Assembly: GCA_016840035.1 (NCBI GenBank)
Contig: JAEOTC010000038.1
Span: forward strand, 78,760 to 142,759
Reading direction: 5' to 3'
Source: Candidatus Hodarchaeota archaeon
Lineage (GTDB): Archaea > Asgardarchaeota > Heimdallarchaeia > Hodarchaeales > Hodarchaeaceae
DNA length: 64,000 nucleotides
Under the pieces are notes generated by a model. It saw only the letters and a program-made list of their open reading frames with translations, was not told the DNA's origin and ran no database searches. Below, one piece after another: positions 58,802 to 64,000 of the stretch (positions are counted from its first letter, which is position 1; each line of letters starts with the position of its first letter). The translations under genes were made by a program, and so were the position numbers.

Positions 58802-60868
58802 TTAGTTCCGCTTTGAACGTCTGTAGATAAAGAATATTGGGATCAGTAATAAGAACTCAAAAAGTAAATACCCAGATGATGCCGTTGTAGTTGTCGTGGT
58901 GGTTTCCGGCATTGTAGTAGTTGTAGTAGTAGGGAGTACGTCTGTAGTGGATGTAGGAAGTTCACCAATCTTTGAGATTGTCACACTTCGAGTTGAATTT
59001 GCAGCTACAGTCATAATAACATCAACTGTAGTTATTCCTCCTCTTGTAGTTTGAGATTCTATAACCCCTGTATCTGTATCATACACGCCTGAATTCATTT
59101 TGAAATGTATGTGAGCTTCAGGTAGATTATGGGCTAATGTATTATTTACCGAGGCACTAAGACTTGTGAGAGTCCCATCATTTGCATCAGAATAGGTCAA
59201 TGAAACATTATTGATTGGATTGGAGGGAGCATAATGCATCGAACCATAGTTTGCTTCAACATAGGCTAGATCAGGAGGGTTTGAGATATCATAGAGATAC
59301 TTTGTAATATTATTATTCTCTACCTCAATCAATCGGTATCCTGGAAAATCTCCTACTGCTTCAGTTGTACCAATGTGTGGAAGATCTCCCACCTCAGTAT
59401 AAACGTTTGCATGATAATGTCCATGGAAAAAGGCATCCGCACCAATTGTTTGAAGTTTATTAACGATCGCATCACTTTCAGTCGCTGAAAGAATAGGTTC
59501 AGGATCAGGTTCCCCATATGTGACTAAGGGATGATGGAGCATAAGATACTTCATATCAGCCGAGTTTATTTCATCTAGAGAATCCATGACAAAATTATAG
59601 GCATCGATTCCATCCTCAACATCAAATTGACGATCTGAACTGTCACCTCTAACGAACGCATGAGTTCCATACCAAAAAATCCCTGCTGATGGGCCAATGA
59701 TGTTATTCCACATTCCGCGACCGCTTCCCCATTCCCAGATTCCAAGAGAGGCAGTACCTTCCCAATCATCATGGTTCCCCATTATTGAAACAACAGGTGT
59801 ATCATCCAAATAAAGATCACACCATTTTCTAAAGTTTAACAAGGCAATTTCATCAGTCCATTCCGTTAAATCACCTACAACTAAGATAAACTCAGGATTA
59901 ACTATATTCACTTCCTGAAGAATTGAAGTAAAATTACCGATACCAGTCTCTAAACTTCTGTATTCATGTCCTGCAGATCCATCACGGTGAAACTGGGGGT
60001 CACCAAACACTGCAAACCTATAAGAGGATTTAAATTCCTCAACTATCTTCAATGAGTTCGGTTCCCAATCAAATTGTGTATTTCCATCAATTAGTGCTGA
60101 AATATTCATATCATAAAGTCCAATGGCCGAAGGGGCAGTAAATGAGATTTCCCATAATTCGGAGCTAAAAAGTGAATTTACTGTCGGTTCTTTTGGATTT
60201 CCCACACCACTCAATGTTACATGCCAATTCGATGCCGTGTCAGACGCATTGACTAGGACAACTACAGCTGAAGATTGGAGTAAAATTTGTGGTTCAGCAA
60301 AAGTTGGACTCAAAACAGTAACACGATCTTCTAAGAGTTGAGAATTGACTAACCAGTAATTATTATCATTTTTATCCTGGTTCCCAATACCATCTTCGAA
60401 ATAACAGGCAAGATAATCAGGTCTATCATTTAGTACAATAGAAATAGACCAAATTCCTGAACTCTCGTCCTTAGTCATTGGGGATTTAGCAAAGCGATAT
60501 GGAGCTAATACTTCAGTATCTTCTGGCCACATTTCAGGCGAAGGAGGAACAGCACCAAAGGGTTTATTTTTTAACAATTGGTTTCCTCTTAGATACATTC
60601 CCCACACGAGTGAAACATTTTCAGCACTTGGTGTGAGGACAGCATTGGTTGCTGAAGGATCGTAAGAAATGGTTACCTCTTCTCCAACATTGGGTATCAA
60701 AGGATTCCAACTCACTGGATCATCAGCGTTGATTTTTCCCGCTATACTTTGAATGTTTACCAATCCTGCCATTAAAAAAAGAGCTAAGGATAGAGAAAGG
60801 ATTTTTATTAATTTAGTTTTGGAAATCGCTCTCATAAGAATATTACACCTATAATCAGTATAAGACAT
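58802..60868 (-). CDS. Secreted, C-terminally anchored metallophosphoesterase with CBM-like N-terminal domain
   Basis: GDPQ, VGDL, GNHD, LHHP, HGHYH; Thr-rich linker, TM, basic tail. Confidence 0.87.
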   Translation of the reverse strand: MSYTDYRCNILMRAISKTKLIKILSLSLALFLMAGLVNIQSIAGKINADDPVSWNPLIPNVGEEVTISYDPSATNAVLTPSAENVSLVWGMYLRGNQLLKNKPFGAVPPSPEMWPEDTEVLAPYRFAKSPMTKDESSGIWSISIVLNDRPDYLACYFEDGIGNQDKNDNNYWLVNSQLLEDRVTVLSPTFAEPQILLQSSAVVVLVNASDTASNWHVTLSGVGNPKEPTVNSLFSSELWEISFTAPSAIGLYDMNISALIDGNTQFDWEPNSLKIVEEFKSSYRFAVFGDPQFHRDGSAGHEYRSLETGIGNFTSILQEVNIVNPEFILVVGDLTEWTDEIALLNFRKWCDLYLDDTPVVSIMGNHDDWEGTASLGIWEWGSGRGMWNNIIGPSAGIFWYGTHAFVRGDSSDRQFDVEDGIDAYNFVMDSLDEINSADMKYLMLHHPLVTYGEPDPEPILSATESDAIVNKLQTIGADAFFHGHYHANVYTEVGDLPHIGTTEAVGDFPGYRLIEVENNNITKYLYDISNPPDLAYVEANYGSMHYAPSNPINNVSLTYSDANDGTLTSLSASVNNTLAHNLPEAHIHFKMNSGVYDTDTGVIESQTTRGGITTVDVIMTVAANSTRSVTISKIGELPTSTTDVLPTTTTTTMPETTTTTTTASSGYLLFEFLLLIPIFFIYRRSKRN

Positions 60869-61182
60869 TAATCTTCCAATCGTACACTAAGCTGGATATA
60901 AAAATATTGTTGGCAAGTTAAATGTGCTTAAAAATGGTCAAATGACGTAAATTCGTGAAACGAATGAAAGTCCATAGGAAATAGATAAAATGTAACCTCT
61001 CCGTTTTTCATTATTATTTTCTTTGTCACTTCCTTATTTTTGACTAATAATAGGTTGAAATGTCACTTTTTAGCCAAGTTTTATACTAGAAAATTATATA
61101 ATAACATCAAATATCCTGAATATCCCCAAAATTAAGTATCTTCTATCTATAATAATATGAAAATAACAGAAGTGAAGAATGA

Positions 61183-63162
61183 ATGAAAAAGAATTCTACA
61201 AAATTATTACTAATAGCGTTAATTTTTCTTTTAACATCTATTACAGTTGGATTGAGTCCAATTGGAGCCTCTACCTCTGATACTGTAACAATTTCACCCG
61301 AAAATCCGAACGTGGGTGATATAATTACTATCCAATATGATACCAGCACTGGTACCCTTGATTCCTCTAGTGCTTCTATCTATCTTCAGTGGGCTTTTAT
61401 TTTTAACGGAAATTTTGATGAAAATCAACAAGCATTAACACCAGTGCCACCTAGTAAACTATGGTACGTAGAAAACACCGCAGAAGGATATGCAGGACGT
61501 TTTCTATCATCTCCCATGACTAATATCTCAGCGACAGTTTGGGAGATATCCATTGAAGCTAAGGACGATCTCCCTGATCGTATTCAGTTCTTCTTTTCCG
61601 ATACTGCAGATGGACTAGCAAATAGGGACAGAAATGATAACAATTATTGGTTCATTGATCCACAGTTCGCAGCTGACTATGTATACATTATCGATCCGAG
61701 CTTTGCGGAAACAAATTTCTACCTTCCAGGCGGATCAATTACTATCACTGCCCGTGGTAATGCCGCTTCTACAGATTGGGAAGTTCAATTAACTGATAGA
61801 ACGGATGAACCGATCGATTTAGTGGTTACCACCTCGAGTCATGATGCTGGAACGGAATTGTGGACAATAATAGCCAACATCCCTGCTGTGATTGATGAAG
61901 GTCTTTATGACTTGAAAGTATCGACTTCAGTTGGTGGATTCTTGACAACAGACATTGAAGAAAATTCAATTCAAATAACAGCAGAGTACAAAAACGATTA
62001 TACCATTGTCCTTCTTGGTGATCAAGAAATGAATGCCTATGCTGGAGTTAACTATGCAGTTGATGGGGGACTACATCAAGGCCATAATCTTTCTACATTT
62101 CTTACCGAAATGTCCGTTGTTAATGCAGATTTATTTGTAAATCTTGGATCAGCAACATTCTGGGGTGATGTTGAAACAATGCAACAATATCGGGAGTATG
62201 TAGGCCTTTTCTACAACCTACCGCATGTCTACGTCTCTTCTCATCGTGATAGGTTTATGGGATCAGAAGCAGATTGGGAATATCGAGGTGCAGGAATTGG
62301 TGCTCTAGATAAAATTGTAGGTATTAGACATAAAGAATGGACATACGGAGATCATTATTATGTGAGTATATTCACAGGTGATCATCGGATGGACGATTCA
62401 GAGATTGCATGGTTTGATGCGGCAATGAGTGCTTCTACGGGTGACGCGAAATTCGGTATGATTCATGATCCGATTGGTTATGAAACAGACTATAATCCAG
62501 GAGAAATAAATGCTATTGATGTCGATGGACGCACACAATTAGCTCCAATATGCAAAAGTAATGGATTAGACTACTGGATTCATACTTCTGCAGGTATAGA
62601 TGGATCTCAAGCAGTGACCGAAACTGGTGCATTCCATATTGGAATGGCAGGAGCGATCAGTGGCTATCGAATTCTACAAATTTCTGGAGATGTTATAGCA
62701 GGATGGGGGTATAATGATAGTACGGATGGTCTATATCCGTTCTACAAAGTTAATGCCAACCATACAGGGCTAAATGATGGTACCGAAACAACTGCCGTGG
62801 CAGTAATAACTAATAACCTATTAGAGGATCTTCCAGCTGCACGAACTGTTTTTAAAATGGCTCCTGGAGTCTATGAAACAGATAAAGGGTCAATATTCTC
62901 TCAATACACTAAAGATGGAATGACGTATGTTGAAGTCAATGTGCTAGTGACTTCTGGTGCAAATGAGACACTAACCGTAACTAAAGTTGCAGATCTTCCC
63001 ACATCCACCACTGATGTCCCAACATCTGTTCCTACTACAACAGATACTTCCATACCAACGACTACAACAACTTCTGATGATTCTACACCAATAGAACTCT
63101 ATATGTTCGCATTGGGATTAATTGTGGTCACAGCAGTAAACAGAAAGAAGAATCGCAAATAG
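61183..63162 (+). CDS. Secreted metallophosphoesterase paralog with degenerate active site
   Basis: Colinear with 58802-60868 but LGSA, SSHRD and IHTS replace GDL, GNHD and GHxH. Confidence 0.75.
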   Translation: MKKNSTKLLLIALIFLLTSITVGLSPIGASTSDTVTISPENPNVGDIITIQYDTSTGTLDSSSASIYLQWAFIFNGNFDENQQALTPVPPSKLWYVENTAEGYAGRFLSSPMTNISATVWEISIEAKDDLPDRIQFFFSDTADGLANRDRNDNNYWFIDPQFAADYVYIIDPSFAETNFYLPGGSITITARGNAASTDWEVQLTDRTDEPIDLVVTTSSHDAGTELWTIIANIPAVIDEGLYDLKVSTSVGGFLTTDIEENSIQITAEYKNDYTIVLLGDQEMNAYAGVNYAVDGGLHQGHNLSTFLTEMSVVNADLFVNLGSATFWGDVETMQQYREYVGLFYNLPHVYVSSHRDRFMGSEADWEYRGAGIGALDKIVGIRHKEWTYGDHYYVSIFTGDHRMDDSEIAWFDAAMSASTGDAKFGMIHDPIGYETDYNPGEINAIDVDGRTQLAPICKSNGLDYWIHTSAGIDGSQAVTETGAFHIGMAGAISGYRILQISGDVIAGWGYNDSTDGLYPFYKVNANHTGLNDGTETTAVAVITNNLLEDLPAARTVFKMAPGVYETDKGSIFSQYTKDGMTYVEVNVLVTSGANETLTVTKVADLPTSTTDVPTSVPTTTDTSIPTTTTTSDDSTPIELYMFALGLIVVTAVNRKKNRK

Positions 63163-63200
63163 GGAGTCGAAAAATACTCCTTTTTCCTTTTTTTTTTATT
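63161..63200 (+). terminator. Hairpin plus T-tract terminator
   Basis: GGAGT-N8-ACTCC followed by TTTTTCCTTTTTTTTTT directly after the stop. Confidence 0.6.
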
Positions 63201-63527
63201 TTATCCTTGAGAAAAGATTGAATTTGCTATTTTTTTGTTAGTAATCATCAAAACTACTATTTTCACAATTAATTCTCTAATAATCCATGTTGAATTTTAT
63301 ATTTATCAAAAGATATTGTATCAACTGTTAGAAAGTATAACATTAGCTACATTGTAAAGTGTCTAACCGACAAAAATCAATATCCAAAAAGATAAATAAA
63401 CTTCAGATGAGCACTAATTACTGGTTTTCAGGTAACTGAAAACTCTGGAAATAGTTTATCTCTAATGATAAGAAACTTTCAGATACTTGTTATTAGAAAC
63501 AACCCCGAAATATGATTTATTTTGGAT

Positions 63528-64000
63528 GTGAAAAAATTTTTGAAAACTACACGAAAAATGAGTATAATACTACTTGCCATGGCATTAACTCTCGGTGTAA
63601 TTGCTAGTCAACCCGCATCAGTATCCGCTACCTCCATTATGAGCACAAGGATGCCAAGAATTGTGGTCTTTAATGGAAACGGTGCCTACCACACTGATGT
63701 ATCTGGCTTTGTCACCAATGCTTCTACATGGGGATATGAAGTTTTTACAACTAATGTCCTTGATGCAGGTGTTTTGAGTGCAGCCAGCATGCTTATTCTT
63801 AACGGAAATGATTTCCTCACACAAGGGGAAATGGATCTTGTTGAAGCATGGTGGGAATCAGGTAATTATACTGTCTGGTTTGCTGGAGAAAGCGATTATG
63901 GCGGTCTCTGGAGCCCTGCTAGTATGAACCTTCTGGCGCTACAGCTCGGTTTGAATGTCATTATTCAAGACGACGCATTGAACGATCCCATCTGGAACGA
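63528..64000 (+). CDS. Secreted DUF4350/GIFT-like protein (partial, runs off window end)
   Basis: Manual translation: signal peptide, ...ASMLILNG...E...V.AWW..G..TVWFAGESDYGG...N.L...LG...QDD. Confidence 0.6.
   Translation, partial: MKKFLKTTRKMSIILLAMALTLGVIASQPASVSATSIMSTRMPRIVVFNGNGAYHTDVSGFVTNASTWGYEVFTTNVLDAGVLSAASMLILNGNDFLTQGEMDLVEAWWESGNYTVWFAGESDYGGLWSPASMNLLALQLGLNVIIQDDALNDPIWN

Noticed and set aside
58880-58955. Short tandem gtagtt-type repeats
   Set aside because: They simply encode the poly-Thr stalk of the surface protein
1-64000. CRISPR array, rRNA genes, IS elements
   Set aside because: No periodic repeat-spacer structure, rRNA-like stretch or transposase ORF found

Overview
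Core-genome window from an Asgard archaeon. Support: ubiquitin E2, Roadblock/LC7, S26e/S30e/S19e/L44e, Elf1, a Mak16/L28e-like protein and an EF-2 with a eukaryote-type G' insertion. The last two point to Heimdallarchaeia/Hodarchaeales (inference). The main result is an ~11 kb, 13-gene minus-strand operon (6471-17410) encoding an apparently complete bacterial-microcompartment (BMC) of the sugar-phosphate-utilisation type. It has 2 BMC-H, 1 PduT-like BMC-T, 3 BMC-P, DeoC, RpiB, an acylating aldehyde dehydrogenase, a PduS-like protein, acetate kinase and an unusual citrate synthase-PduL fusion, and it sits among archaeal genes with no mobility genes nearby. Reading the intergenic DNA also gave: two box C/D guide sRNAs whose predicted LSU rRNA targets include sites methylated in yeast; a divergent pair of structured RNA candidates upstream of metG; four tRNAs (intron-containing iMet, two-intron Pro, Thr, Arg); an inverted copy of the tRNA-Pro 3' end; probable non-canonical start codons; and three membrane-anchored secreted metallophosphoesterases. 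All family calls are from motif recognition, not database searches.
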